Positions 28,900 through 40,093 of a stretch of DNA of 64,000 bases are shown in pieces. The notes beneath the pieces are model-generated. The model was not told where the DNA came from. It made no database searches and saw nothing but the letters and a program-made list of their open reading frames with translations. The translations under genes and the position numbers were made by a program. Position 1 is the first letter of the stretch. Every line of letters starts with the position of its first letter. The stretch is from Armatimonadota bacterium. GTDB lineage: Bacteria > Armatimonadota > HRBIN16. The stretch is taken from NCBI GenBank assembly GCA_963677485.1, contig OY781964.1:1664001-1728000 (forward strand), read 5' to 3'.

Positions 28900-30459
28900 A
28901 TGGAAAGGCTAAGAATGCAGATCATAGAAGAGATCATATTCCGACTGCGGCGTGGGCAGTCCCAACGAGCGATTTCTCGTGACACGGGCTGCGCTCGTAA
29001 CACCGTCAGCCAATACGCACAGTGGGCATCTCGACTTGGATACCTGGCTCCAGATTCAGATATGCCGAGTATGGAGGCATTTCGTGACACCTTACCGCAG
29101 CGCAAACGACGCAGTAATGTGTCTAGTGCTGAACCATACCGCGAAGTCATCGAGACTTATCTCCAGGCTCACATAGAGGCAGTGACCATCCACAACAACC
29201 TAAAGCGACTATACGGGTTTACCGGTAGCTACTCTTCGGTTATTCGCTTCATTAGCGGATTGACCCCCAAAGAGCAGTTGGCCATTATACGTCTAGAGAC
29301 AGATCCAGGAAAACAGGCCCAGGTTGACTTCGGATTTGTGGGGCAAATGAAGGACCCCGCAACAGGCAAGATGCGTTCAACGTATGCCTTCTTGATGACG
29401 CTATCACACTCTCGACATCAATACGTGGAGTTTGTATTCAATCAAAGGATACCCACATGGGTGAACTGCCATATCAACGCCTTTGAATTCTTCGGAGGCG
29501 TTCCAGAGGAACTTGTGATAGACAATCTAAAGTCAGCGGTTCTCAAAGCAGATATATACGACCCTGTCATCTCGGAGCCGTATCGGCAACTGGCCTTGCA
29601 CTACGACTTCCTCATTCATCCATGTAGAGTGAGAACCCCGGAGCATAAAGGAAAAGTGGAAAACGGGGTTCATTACGTGCAGCGAAACTTCATTGCAGGC
29701 CGGGAGTTCATGGATATCGACGAAGCGAACCTGCTTGTGAAGACCTGGATCACACAAGAGGCAGGTCTGCGTAACCATGGAACCACACATAAACAGCCAT
29801 TGGCGCAGTTCAATCAGGTAGAGAAGAGCACGCTTAAGTCATTACCAGACACGGAATTTGATCTCATTGAAGTTCGTAGTGCGAAAGTCCATCGGGACTG
29901 TCATGTTACAGTGTATGGTTCTTACTATTCCGTGCCCTACAGCTACATAGGCAGCCAAATGGACGTGCATCTGCACGAACGAGTGGTGCAGATATATGAT
30001 AACGACCATAAACTAGTTGGAACACATCAAAGAGCGACACAACAAGGGCAGCGCATTACCCGCATGACTGATTACCCAACACATAAAGTGGCCTATATGG
30101 TTCTTTTAATCGAGAATTGCCTGGAATTAGGGCATGACATCGGCCCCAGTTGTGTTACGGTGCTTAATGCTTTGCTGGCTGACAGGCCTGTAGACCGAAG
30201 ACAATCCGTGAAGAGGATCGTCCGGCTAGTTCAAACGTACAGCAGTAGTCGCCTGGAAGCGGCCTGCGCACGCTCTCTCTATTACCAAGATGGTAGTTAC
30301 CAACGCATTGCTAAGATACTGAGGGCCGGTACAGATCACGAGCCAATGGGAATAACATCTTCTCTTCCCCCTAAAAAAGACTACCTCTTCGCTCGTAGTG
30401 CCGACGAATTCATTTTGGTCAGTAATGCTGACACCAATATGGAGGTAGAAGCGTGTTAA
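28900..30459 (+). CDS. istA: IS21 transposase IstA
   Basis: N-terminal HTH, ETDPGKQAQVDFG, DNLKSAV, KGKVENGV. Confidence 0.95.
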   Translation: MERLRMQIIEEIIFRLRRGQSQRAISRDTGCARNTVSQYAQWASRLGYLAPDSDMPSMEAFRDTLPQRKRRSNVSSAEPYREVIETYLQAHIEAVTIHNNLKRLYGFTGSYSSVIRFISGLTPKEQLAIIRLETDPGKQAQVDFGFVGQMKDPATGKMRSTYAFLMTLSHSRHQYVEFVFNQRIPTWVNCHINAFEFFGGVPEELVIDNLKSAVLKADIYDPVISEPYRQLALHYDFLIHPCRVRTPEHKGKVENGVHYVQRNFIAGREFMDIDEANLLVKTWITQEAGLRNHGTTHKQPLAQFNQVEKSTLKSLPDTEFDLIEVRSAKVHRDCHVTVYGSYYSVPYSYIGSQMDVHLHERVVQIYDNDHKLVGTHQRATQQGQRITRMTDYPTHKVAYMVLLIENCLELGHDIGPSCVTVLNALLADRPVDRRQSVKRIVRLVQTYSSSRLEAACARSLYYQDGSYQRIAKILRAGTDHEPMGITSSLPPKKDYLFARSADEFILVSNADTNMEVEAC

Positions 30460-31220
30460 CTCACACACTGCTACCCAAGCTCAGGCAACTCAGATGGTCT
30501 GGCATGGTTGATAGCCTCGAAGAGAGAGCGGAGCTAGCCCGTGAGCAAAAGCTCTCACCAACGGAGTTCCTTGCGTTATTAGTAGATGATGAGCTTGAGC
30601 GACGCAGCCAAACTAAACAGGTAAAGATGGAGAAGGCGGCCTGTTTCGAGAACACGAAACTGCTGTCCCACTTCGACTTCAACGCTGTACCTACCCTTGA
30701 TCGTTCGCTGGTAAGGGAGATGGCGACCTGCCAGTTAATCGCTCAACATGCCAACTGGCTGGTGTGTGGTCCCACTGGTGTGGGCAAGACACATCTAGCC
30801 ACCGCCATAGGTTATGAGGCCATTAAGCGAAGCTACAGTGTTTATAACAGTTCTGTCCACAAGTTGCAACAGGAGATGTTTGCGGCCAGGGCAGACGATG
30901 CTTATACGCGGTTGATTAAGAAATTGGTCAACGTTGACCTCCTGATACTCGACGACTTTGGTCTTCGCCCCATCACAATTCAGGGAGCGGAAGACCTCTA
31001 CGAGATCATCCACCAGAGATACGAGAAGGGCAGTATTGTATTGACATCTAATCGGGCTCCCTCCGAATGGCCGGAGATGTTTGGCGACTCTCTTCTCGCT
31101 TCAGCTGCTATGGACAGATTGACTCACCATGCCCGGGTGACTGTTGTCACCGGTGAGAGCTATCGCCAAAGGCAGCGCAGAGGGGAGGTAAGCAAGCCGG
31201 ATAATGCATCCGTAGAGTGA
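30453..31220 (+). CDS. istB: IS21 helper ATPase IstB
   Basis: GPTGVGKTHLA, LLILDDFG, TSN, AMDRLTHHA, GESYR. Confidence 0.95.
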   Translation: MLTHTLLPKLRQLRWSGMVDSLEERAELAREQKLSPTEFLALLVDDELERRSQTKQVKMEKAACFENTKLLSHFDFNAVPTLDRSLVREMATCQLIAQHANWLVCGPTGVGKTHLATAIGYEAIKRSYSVYNSSVHKLQQEMFAARADDAYTRLIKKLVNVDLLILDDFGLRPITIQGAEDLYEIIHQRYEKGSIVLTSNRAPSEWPEMFGDSLLASAAMDRLTHHARVTVVTGESYRQRQRRGEVSKPDNASVE

Positions 31221-31322
31221 GATACCGACGCATCCAACACTTACATTGGGCAATGAACACGAACTAGTCAAGTGGTATACATATGCCGAACATGGGTGGT
31301 AGTAATAAGGTGACTATTGACA

Positions 31323-34300
31323 CCGATCAGGGGGATATTGTCGTAATGGGACCAAAGGAGAACTCGAATAACACATTTCATTGCTGAACCGGATGATTTC
31401 AGGCATGCACCTGAAGTGTTCGCGTAAGGAGACCTTGCTACTACCGTATCGAAGTCTACCGTGGTCAAAAAGACTGCTGTGTAGATCAAATGCAATAGTA
31501 TGTTGAAATCCTGACAATCGTTCACGTTGCATTAGGAAAACTTTGTCTTCGTTAATCCCGACGACCTCAGGGCTGATTTGCTGGTCATCTCCAACAATGA
31601 TGATCTTCTTAGCCAGATAAAACAAAGGAAGTGCCTCAATACTACACTGCGAGGCTTCGTCTATAATGATGACATCGAACATCCCTTGTCGTGGAGTGAT
31701 CGTGTCCCAAATCCTGTGGAGTGGCATGATCCACCCTGGAACGGCCTCGTTGCATTCGCTAAGATGCGTCTGGGCTTCACGACGGTATCGCCATGCTTGT
31801 TTCCCAGTAGCTTTCCCTAGCCTCTTCATCGCAAGCTGCCATGAGGTCATGTGTTCTTTGTGTTCGACGGCAAGACGAGAGAAACAGAACGACCAAGCAT
31901 GAAGAGACGCGAGTTCTGCAATGATCTTTTTAATCTCATCTTCGACTTGAATTGTTCTGACGGTAAGGGTTTCGTAGCCCGATTGATTGGAAAAAGAACG
32001 TAGCCAAGAGCACGCTTGTGCCCACTGCCAAGCACCCTCTATATTAGCTAGTCGATTTTCCCAGACCGGCGATTGATCATCTTGATACAGTTGCTTCACG
32101 AGTTCCGGACATACAGCATTTAAGTTTTCAAATCGCATCAGTACCGTCTGTTGCGATTTTAGCGTCTGTACCTGATTGAAGGCTGAAGTATAGTCAGTTA
32201 TGGATCGTTGTTCAATCGCTTTGGCTAAGACATTGTGAATGGGATGGTGCTCGGTACTGTGTTCTCGTAGTTGGTTTGCTGCATTACTTAAGGATTGGCG
32301 TAATAGTTTGAGTTGATGTTGAGCCACAACACAATCACATGAATGAAGTATCGACCGAAGGTTATCATGATCTGCCCATACCGGTTCTACGGTCATTTTG
32401 TGTAGGTCTATGATGTCTCGTATCTCGTTCTGGTAATCGTGTAACACTAATATTTTTCTTACTGTGTCACACAAACTCGTAATTTGAGCAACAAGCAATG
32501 TGATCTGGCTTGTTTCGAATGAAAACACACCTTCCCAGAAATTCATAGCTCTTTGTAGGCTCATATTTACATCAACTATTGTTATTAAGCGACTTAGGTC
32601 TGCTACACTAGTGCATGGCTGTCCATTTAACCTTACGGATTTCGAGATATAGTTGGTATTCCGCCAGTCTGCATTGAACGCTCCTTTAATTACAGATTCA
32701 CCACACTCGGAGATGTATTTTTTTCGTTTGTTGGCATCTTCGATAAGCTTAGCCTGTTCACATTCACCGGTAATATCCATCTTTGTGATGTCTGCAAGAG
32801 TAACGTGAGGCGCTATGTGTTGTAATAACTCTTCGGTGTTAAGCAAACGCACCTTCCACTCCTGTAATTTCCCCGACAACACATCTTGCACTGCACGTAT
32901 AACCCATTCACCCGATTCTGCCGTGACTTGGTTGCTGCACATAACAAATTTTTCAATTATTGATTGGCACGTTTTCAGATCGTCGATTGTCCACGAAGAT
33001 AGTTGCTCAACAAAAGCCTGGTTCGCTACAGGTGCGAGGTTATCAATAGTGCCTATGAGTTCGATCTCTTGTTCAAACTGTGAATATATACTGCCACAAT
33101 CGACTAGATCAACAGGAAGTGACTTTAGTATATCGTCTCTATCTATATTTAGAATAAGTCGATAATCATGCAGTAAACCTATGAGTTGGTTTGCTGTAAA
33201 TGGACACGATGAATCAGGGGACACGTGGTCCACGAACCATCCATAAGTTTTCTGGTGCATGAGAATACTTCGAGCGATATAGGCTGCTGTGCCTTCGTAT
33301 ACACCGGGCACCACTGTATGATTATTGATTTCAGCATTACGGATATCATGAAGGTTTTTTGTCAGCAGTGAGAGTTCGCTCTTATGATCATGCCACTTCG
33401 ATTCTAATGCGGCGATCTTCGTTATCGATTTCCGTGAAGACCACGTATCACTTTTAGTTAGAATTGCACCAACACTACGCTCAAGAGCTTCTCGCTCATC
33501 CATCCCTTCACCTAATAAGCTGATACATAAGGGACGGATCTCAACTGGTAATAGCTCATGAAGCACCAACAGCGCACGTGGAGTCTTGGCTGTTATGAGG
33601 ATTCGCTGACCTGTGGCTAACAGATGACAGATCAAATTGGCGATTGTATGCGATTTACCAGTTCCGGGAGGACCTTGTACAAGAACGCCGTTTGACGTAC
33701 GTAACTTATGTATGATGTGCATCTGTTCATCATTAGCAGGTTTTGGAAAGAAAACAGAACCATCAGTATTCGAATCATCAGTATGATGGCTATCATGTAC
33801 GCTACCTCTAACGATATCTCGGTTATTTGTAACCTCAGCGATACCACCCAATTCACCCAGATCAGTATGTCCTTGCTCAATATTGGCTTTAATGCCCCGC
33901 AAGACCTCAATCAACCCTTTCGAAGATCGTTTTCTTAGTATAAAGGCAGGAGCATATGTGATCACGGGATTCTGTCTCACGTGCTTGTGTTCATCACGGT
34001 ACATATCACTGTAATACCGACCGTTGGCACTAACAGTGTTTACCACAGACTGTAATACTTTTTCGACACACTCAGTAGCCCAAGGGATATCATCAGCGTC
34101 TTTTAGATCACCTGTCGCCTGTGCTTCCGAATAATGCGGACGATAATCAGGTTCAAACAACTCATATTCAGGTCGCAGTCTGCACCCATCAGGGTGTGCC
34201 CTAACTGTGATTTTCGCCAACTCAGCATCCATTTCTATAGATGCATTAGCGACAACGACGTGACGATCTATCTCTTGGTTATTTGGTGTGCGCCATTCAA

Positions 34301-34886
34301 ATAGCCCCATTGCTAATACAAACTCATATTCCTCACCTAGTTTGCTGATGTCTTGATGAATAGCGAATAATTTCTGATAAAGATCATTCATCAATACCCA
34401 ATCGTCATGGTGGCCTTTCCAGACTGTCCACTTGTCACTAATATATCGTTGCCATTCATCTGATATATGAGGGTAATCAACTAGGTATTGCTTGTCATGG
34501 TTTGATTCGTGACCATCTGAATCTACAAACAAACCTTCGCTAGGTATATCTCTTTGAATTTCGTCCTTTAAGGTGGGCGGGTCATCAGAATTTACGACAT
34601 TCCACATAATCCATGGAGCGCATTTATTGGGAATTGGTGGTATCTCTGGTTCATCATATTTACGGATTTCAAGCCATATATCAGGGTCATTTGATATTTC
34701 CATGTTTCTGTTTACTAGATCACAGTTCTTCACATTAGGAACATCAGACACCCATAATAATCGTTCATATAGGCGATAGTTTCGAATAGGAATGGAACGT
34801 ATAGATGCCATATCGATCAGATAATCCAACATGCTCAGGACTTTATTGATATCAGTGGTAGCATCATTACTATTAACTTCTATCAT
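31323..34886 (-). pseudogene. N-terminal fragment of a large SF1 (Upf1/DNA2-like) helicase-nuclease
   Basis: QGPPGTGKSHTIAN, IIIDEASQ, VGDDQQISP, LREHFRC; truncated by IS21. Confidence 0.9.
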
Positions 34887-35141
34887 CGAAACTCACCGTC
34901 CTTGGGTAAACAATCACATCGGGATGGTTTGATAATTTCATACTATGATACCATCTACTCGTATCGTAACAGCAACGTTACATAGTGTCAATGCTTACAT
35001 CCCTAAGTGATCAATCAACGATGAAGCATATTTAGCTCTAGCTCTATTTCTGTCTGCTTATTCTTCATGAACTCGTCAGTAGACCAGCCTTCGATATCTG
35101 AGCAGATACCATATGCAGATACGCGTTCAGCCGATCTTCGA

Positions 35142-35408
35142 TCAGTCATAGATATTTCTTCGGTGGCCTACCGCAAGAACCAGCACTACCACCTTATCGT
35201 CTTCTATGCGGCACAAAATCCGGTAGTCACCAACGCGATAGCGCCAGAGTCCCGACAAATCCGCAAGCAAAGGCTTTCCAAAGCGGCGAGGGTCTTCTTC
35301 TGTGCTAATACGCTCACGCAGGTAGCTGATGATGTTCTTTCGGACCTGCGGATCAAGCTTGCGCGCATCACGTATGGCCCGCTCATCCCACTCAACCGTC
35401 CACGCCAA
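35142..35408 (-). CDS. relE: RelE/ParE-family toxin
   Basis: DPRRFGKPL..LSGLWRYRVGDYRI...VLAVGHRRNIY; probable TTG start overlapping the antitoxin. Confidence 0.9.
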   Translation of the reverse strand: MAWTVEWDERAIRDARKLDPQVRKNIISYLRERISTEEDPRRFGKPLLADLSGLWRYRVGDYRILCRIEDDKVVVLVLAVGHRRNIYD

Positions 35409-35613
35409 GCTCAATTTCCGCTTCATCCATGGTCAGTCTTTTCCCGGGCTTTTCCAGCCGTTCTATTGCGATGTAGGTATCTTCCATATCGTCTATCAGC
35501 CGCAGAATTGCTTCTCTGGCGTAATAGGTCTTCGTCCGTCCTGTGCGTTTGGCTAGAGCTGTAAGTCGGTCGTCAATTTCAGCGGGGAGCCTAATGGCGA
35601 TCATACTTTTCAT
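35392..35613 (-). CDS. Ribbon-helix-helix antitoxin (RelB-like)
   Basis: IAIRLP.EI..RL..LA..TGRTKTYYAREAI with acidic C-terminus; GGAGG RBS. Confidence 0.9.
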   Translation of the reverse strand: MKSMIAIRLPAEIDDRLTALAKRTGRTKTYYAREAILRLIDDMEDTYIAIERLEKPGKRLTMDEAEIELGVDG

Positions 35614-35630
35614 TTTGGTTGTACCTCCAC

Positions 35631-35652
35631 TATGATATACATGTATATCATA
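35631..35652. promoter_or_regulatory. Perfect 22-bp palindrome, candidate TA operator
   Basis: tatgatatacatgtatatcata immediately upstream of the antitoxin RBS. Confidence 0.75.
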
Positions 35653-35719
35653 CCTTGAATACTACAAAAGACCATCCTAAAGCTCATTCAATCGTCTTGT
35701 AAAAATGATCCGGATAATC

Positions 35720-35965
35720 GACTATAGATTCTCGCCGTTCGGCACTCACGGGTTGGGAACTATAGTGAAGTGTAGCTACTCAGCGCAACCCGTGGAAGGC
35801 AACCGGATACCGTCTACCCCGAAGTGGGTCGTCTTCGGTGACTTAATAGAACGGCTATCACGAATAGGTGCGACCCACTTCGGGGTAGGAATGATGCACC
35901 GCTTTCCAGGGGTATCGCTTCGCTCACCCCTGGCTATAAGAACTGCTACCCACTTCGTGGGTGCC
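35720..35965. repeat. REP-like palindromic cluster at the island's right flank
   Basis: ctaccccgaagtgggtcg / cgacccacttcggggtag inverted pair; ccaggggt..cgcttcgctcacccctgg hairpin. Confidence 0.65.
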
Positions 35966-36002
35966 CGGAAGCTCTCATGGCGATTCAGATTACTATAGGT
36001 GC

Positions 36003-36029
36003 AAAAAAAGGGGCTGCCGAAGCAGCCCC
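36003..36029 (-). terminator. Rho-independent terminator
   Basis: ggggctgc-ttcg-gcagcccc-T7 on the minus strand. Confidence 0.9.
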
Positions 36030-36045
36030 CAGGGTCGGTAGCACT

Positions 36046-38037
36046 CTAGGAGACCTCGACGACCTCCTCAAGCAGTTCAGGCTCATCCAAGCCGATGCGC
36101 TTGCGCACGGTGCCATCATCGCTGGCATCGCGGGTGGCGGTATTTAGGTGAAGCAGCAAGGCCTTGATATCAATCACTCCGCCTATGGTGAACCAAATGG
36201 TGATTGGTACCGCCAGAACGAAGCTGATAAACATCGGCACATAGTGTGACCATGCCCACCAGTAGTTGCTGACGCCACCACTCTTAGCCATTGACAGGTT
36301 AATGATGGAAAACACCACGAACCACAGGAAGTTGATCGCATTCCAGAAAACCAGCGCGAGGGCCAGAATGCGGTCACTCTTACTGAACTCTTCAGTAATA
36401 CCTATGACTTTCTGCCATGCAGATATCTTGCTTTCGGCGAATACATCATCTGAAGCGATTGTGTATTTACCACGGTGGAGCAGCTCCTGCAGGTTATAGT
36501 CCTTCTTGCAGGTCATCAGGCTAACCACCACATACAGCAGGGCGGAACTGCACATGCCTATGAAGTAAAGCCACTGGCCGTTGATGGGGAAATGGGCCCA
36601 GACCTTTGGAATCACCAACCCGATGACTCCGATGATCGCCCCCGAAATCAAGCCCGCAAACGCACCTTGTGTCGTGCCCTTTTTCCAATAAAGGCCGCCG
36701 ATAATAACCGCCCCTGAGCCGCCTAACCAGAGTGTTCCGGTGATGGCGAAGAAGAAGTAAATGGCCTCCGTCGGCTTATACAGCAGACTGAACAGGAACG
36801 CAAAAGCGGCTACAAAGAAGATCGAGCGTCGGAGCACCTTTATGTGGTCCTCAGGGCTTATTTCTTTGTTTCGAATCGGCATATACACATCCTGCACGAA
36901 AATGCTGCCCCAGGAGTGCATGTAAGTGTCATGGCAGGTGAAAGAGAAGAACAGGAAGATCATGGCCAACAGGCCTTTCACACCCACGGGTAGAATGGTC
37001 ACCGCGGCCAGCGGAACCCGCATTTCGTTCCTCACGGATTCATTGGTGATGTTCGCCAGGTGCGAGTTGACCCATTGCGCCTTGTCGGAGAACTCAGGCA
37101 GCTTCATGATGGCAATGGCGGCTAAAGCCAGCAGCGTGATACACAGCGCCTGCGGCATTTGACGCCAAAGACCAATGATACCGCCCATCTTGCCCTCATG
37201 CGGTGTTTTGGCGGAACTGAAGAAGCCTTGCCCGCCTTGCCACGCCATGTAGCCGTAGAAGGCACCGATAAGCGCGATCGCTTGATACCAGAAGTTGAAG
37301 TCATCCACTCCAGTCGTGTGGAACGGGTTGAGCATGCTTTTATCTGCAGGCATCAAAGACATCGCATGAACCATCTGCGGCCATGAAACCTGCGCTAGAA
37401 CAGCCACAATCACCACACAGAAGGCGACCAGAGAAACCATACCTTGAACGCACTCAGTGACCATCACGGAGATCTGTCCGCCCATAGTCACAAAGGTGAG
37501 TGCCAGACCAAGGTCAATGATCATGACCGTCGCAAATGAAGAAAATGCCCACGGTAAGTTGAACAGATGGTAGGTTTCGGGAATGCCGCAGTAGTAGATG
37601 AAGAAATGGGCAGCTACCGCTGGGAAGATTCCAAAGTTGATGACCCCTGATGTCCAGCAGAGGGAGCCCGCAAATATACGGAATTTACGGTTATATCGCA
37701 TCTCAAAAAACTGTGCCATTGTTAAAGCACGTGTTTCGCGGAAGCGGTAGAACACCCATCCTGTCAGCAGAATGATCACCGTGACAGGGATCATCATACC
37801 ATTCCAGAAGCCTGGAGCCAGGCCCACTTTGTATGTCATTTCAAAGATGGCAATAAAGGTAATTGCACCGGTGTTGCCCATCTGCGACGCGATGGTCAGC
37901 AGGTAACGCCCGGCCAGACGGTTGGCCGAAAGAAAGTCGGCCACGCCCTTCATGTAGTGCTTCGTGCTTAGGCTTACGGCACGAAGTGCCACCACAGCAA
38001 CGATGAGTATCGTCCAGTCGATCCATGAGAGATTCAT
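36046..38037 (-). CDS. Sodium:solute symporter family protein
   Basis: DWTI..., DFLSANRLAGRY, TMAQFFEMRY, LPVGVKGL, GGLYWKKGT; many TM helices. Confidence 0.9.
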   Translation of the reverse strand: MNLSWIDWTILIVAVVALRAVSLSTKHYMKGVADFLSANRLAGRYLLTIASQMGNTGAITFIAIFEMTYKVGLAPGFWNGMMIPVTVIILLTGWVFYRFRETRALTMAQFFEMRYNRKFRIFAGSLCWTSGVINFGIFPAVAAHFFIYYCGIPETYHLFNLPWAFSSFATVMIIDLGLALTFVTMGGQISVMVTECVQGMVSLVAFCVVIVAVLAQVSWPQMVHAMSLMPADKSMLNPFHTTGVDDFNFWYQAIALIGAFYGYMAWQGGQGFFSSAKTPHEGKMGGIIGLWRQMPQALCITLLALAAIAIMKLPEFSDKAQWVNSHLANITNESVRNEMRVPLAAVTILPVGVKGLLAMIFLFFSFTCHDTYMHSWGSIFVQDVYMPIRNKEISPEDHIKVLRRSIFFVAAFAFLFSLLYKPTEAIYFFFAITGTLWLGGSGAVIIGGLYWKKGTTQGAFAGLISGAIIGVIGLVIPKVWAHFPINGQWLYFIGMCSSALLYVVVSLMTCKKDYNLQELLHRGKYTIASDDVFAESKISAWQKVIGITEEFSKSDRILALALVFWNAINFLWFVVFSIINLSMAKSGGVSNYWWAWSHYVPMFISFVLAVPITIWFTIGGVIDIKALLLHLNTATRDASDDGTVRKRIGLDEPELLEEVVEVS

Positions 38038-38107
38038 TTAGAATGCACTCCCTGCGAGTAGATTTACGATATTGAAGACTCATATGCGCGGTTCACGCGT
38101 ATCAAGA

Positions 38108-38142
38108 AACATCCCCTGCTGCATGATACAGCAGGGGATGTT
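38108..38142 (-). terminator. 14-bp hairpin (terminator or mRNA stabiliser)
   Basis: aacatcccctgctg / cagcaggggatgtt just after the stop at 38147. Confidence 0.7.
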
Positions 38143-38146
38143 GACC

Positions 38147-39679
38147 TTACTCGAACTGCCAAAAGCCAAAGCTCTTGGGCTGGTGAAAAGCGATGGAGTT
38201 GCCCGGTAGAGGGCTCCAGGTCAGGTATGCGCTGCCCGTGGGGGTACCGCGCTCGATGCGGTAAAGACCGCCCAGCCAGACATCGCCCGATTTGGGCATC
38301 GCTTTTCGGTCACTGAACACCGCGATGGGTATTTTGGTCTCTACCACCCATCCCTTCAGTGTCTGACCCTGCACGTTCACTTTGCCCCACTTCACCGTGT
38401 GTTCGGATCCCTTGGCATCCCATTCGCGGCTGCCGCGCCATCGGCCATCAGGTGCCCATACGATCTCAAGATCAACCTTGGCGCCTAGCGGGTTCCATTC
38501 GAACTCGTAGTAGTCCATTTCATCACAGCCGGCATCCACGAATATCTCCGCCACGTCCTGCTCCCACAGGTTCATTTCGTCGCGGCTCATCCATGTTTTG
38601 CTACCGCTGTCTTCGCAGTCGATCCGCACATACAGCCACTTGGCGTCGTAGCCCATCCGCACGCCTGTCAGAGGAGAGCCACCACCCTGGTGCTTCCAGT
38701 TGCTCAGAACGGTTTGGGGGAGCTGTGACCAGTCGGGCATCTCATCTTCATTGAGTTTGGCCACGCGGCCCACAAACAGCCGGGGATAGGACGTCCACAC
38801 TTTAGGGATCATGCCCACATGGGTAAATCGCTTCAGCGACGAGGAGAGCATCGCCTTGTCTTTCGCTGCGATGCTGTAGAGCATGTTAGCACCATCGGCG
38901 GACGGCTGCTGAACAGCCGCCACCACGCCGTTTCCGACCATTACGGGTAATTGCATCCGCATCGAGGTTGGCAGGTACTGGACTAGGTTCTTTCTGTCTT
39001 GGTCACTGATCTTACTCTGGTCAAGCAGCGTCAGTACGTCGGTGTTAATCGGGATTCCCGCCGATATGGAGTCAACCGCGGTATAGCTCCAGTCGCGCAT
39101 CTCACTGCTGGCAGCGGGCTGAGCGGCCATCCAGTTAGCCACAAACTGCTCCGACTCGGTGGAGATCACCACCAGAGGCCGTGCTGCCGCGCTATAGAGC
39201 ACGGCACCCTCTTCGCTGGCCGTCAGATTTGCCAAGCCAGCCTTATCGAACCGGCGGAGCAATGACATCAGCAACTGTCGGTTGGGGGCACTGACCACCA
39301 GATCCCATTGGTTGGTGTCCGCTGACTTTATGGTGTAGACGACAAGGTTGTTTTCGGCCACCGCCGATAGATTGGTCTGCTCGGTAAAGCTGGCCTTTTC
39401 CATGTCGAAGATATACAGGTTGCATTGTGGTTTGGTGCCCTTAGCAGTTTGCGCATCCGATAGTCCGCTGACTTCATTGCTAAAACTAACTGGGTTGATT
39501 TTGTAAGTTTTGAAAAAATCCTTGAGGGACTGCCGTGTTTCGGTGGTATGAATACGCACCTCTGTGCCAGACAGTAGATACCCAACATTCGGCGGTGCGG
39601 CGGGAGCGGCAATACATACGGAGGTCACAGCGAGTAGAGATAAAACTGGTTGCAGGTATTTAGTCACGAAACTGTGCAT
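38147..39679 (-). CDS. Secreted protein with C-terminal CBM9-like sugar-binding domain
   Basis: Signal peptide; YDAKWLYV, LWEQDVAEIF, YYEFEWNPLG, WVVE.KIP, FHQP..FG. Confidence 0.8.
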   Translation of the reverse strand: MHSFVTKYLQPVLSLLAVTSVCIAAPAAPPNVGYLLSGTEVRIHTTETRQSLKDFFKTYKINPVSFSNEVSGLSDAQTAKGTKPQCNLYIFDMEKASFTEQTNLSAVAENNLVVYTIKSADTNQWDLVVSAPNRQLLMSLLRRFDKAGLANLTASEEGAVLYSAAARPLVVISTESEQFVANWMAAQPAASSEMRDWSYTAVDSISAGIPINTDVLTLLDQSKISDQDRKNLVQYLPTSMRMQLPVMVGNGVVAAVQQPSADGANMLYSIAAKDKAMLSSSLKRFTHVGMIPKVWTSYPRLFVGRVAKLNEDEMPDWSQLPQTVLSNWKHQGGGSPLTGVRMGYDAKWLYVRIDCEDSGSKTWMSRDEMNLWEQDVAEIFVDAGCDEMDYYEFEWNPLGAKVDLEIVWAPDGRWRGSREWDAKGSEHTVKWGKVNVQGQTLKGWVVETKIPIAVFSDRKAMPKSGDVWLGGLYRIERGTPTGSAYLTWSPLPGNSIAFHQPKSFGFWQFE

Positions 39680-39913
39680 GTCGCACCTCTCTTTACCAGC
39701 AGGCCGACATGATGAACCTGTCGGCAGAAATAGACATTATATCGGGATCGGAACCGATACAGCGGATGGGCCTGATACGGATATGTTAGCATCTGTGAGC
39801 CACTGACGCCACCTGCTTACCACAGTATTCACTATTATCGGTCGAGATTCCTTTACGGGTTGTTATATAGCGGTGGGGTGGATGTTGATCCATGTTGTGC
39901 ATATGCCTCAATA

Positions 39914-40093
39914 TAGATGGAGGTTCCGCCGAAGAGAGTAACTCTGAGGGCTTTACCTCCTTTCTTTTTTCTGGACTGGGTTTATCATGGGTGAGTTCCC
40001 TGAGAATGCGGGTCGTATCTCACTATCACCACTCCGCAGGCTGGAGCAGGGGCCTCACCCAACGCCCGCCGGAACGCGGGCCGGTATTGATAA
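39914..40093 (-). ncRNA. Putative structured non-coding element (three stem-loops), possibly an orphan IS110-type non-coding end
   Basis: Pairings 40064-69/40076-81; 39988-95/40054-61 with inner ccctg/caggg and tgcgg/ccgca; 39919-24/39955-60. Strand and identity are inferred. Confidence 0.4.

Larger units (their letters stand above)
28760..31322 (+). mobile_element. IS21-family insertion sequence with 5-bp target duplication
   Basis: TGTC...GACA ends; subterminal inverted repeats ccacccatgttcggcat / atgccgaacatgggtgg; CCGAT at 28755-28759 and 31323-31327; istA-istB. Confidence 0.93.

Noticed and set aside
39916-39952. Glycine- or fluoride-riboswitch-like words (ggag..cgccgaag..ctctgagg)
   Set aside because: Lacks the CUCUCAGG core and P3 extension of glycine aptamers and the fluoride pseudoknot; no matching downstream gene.
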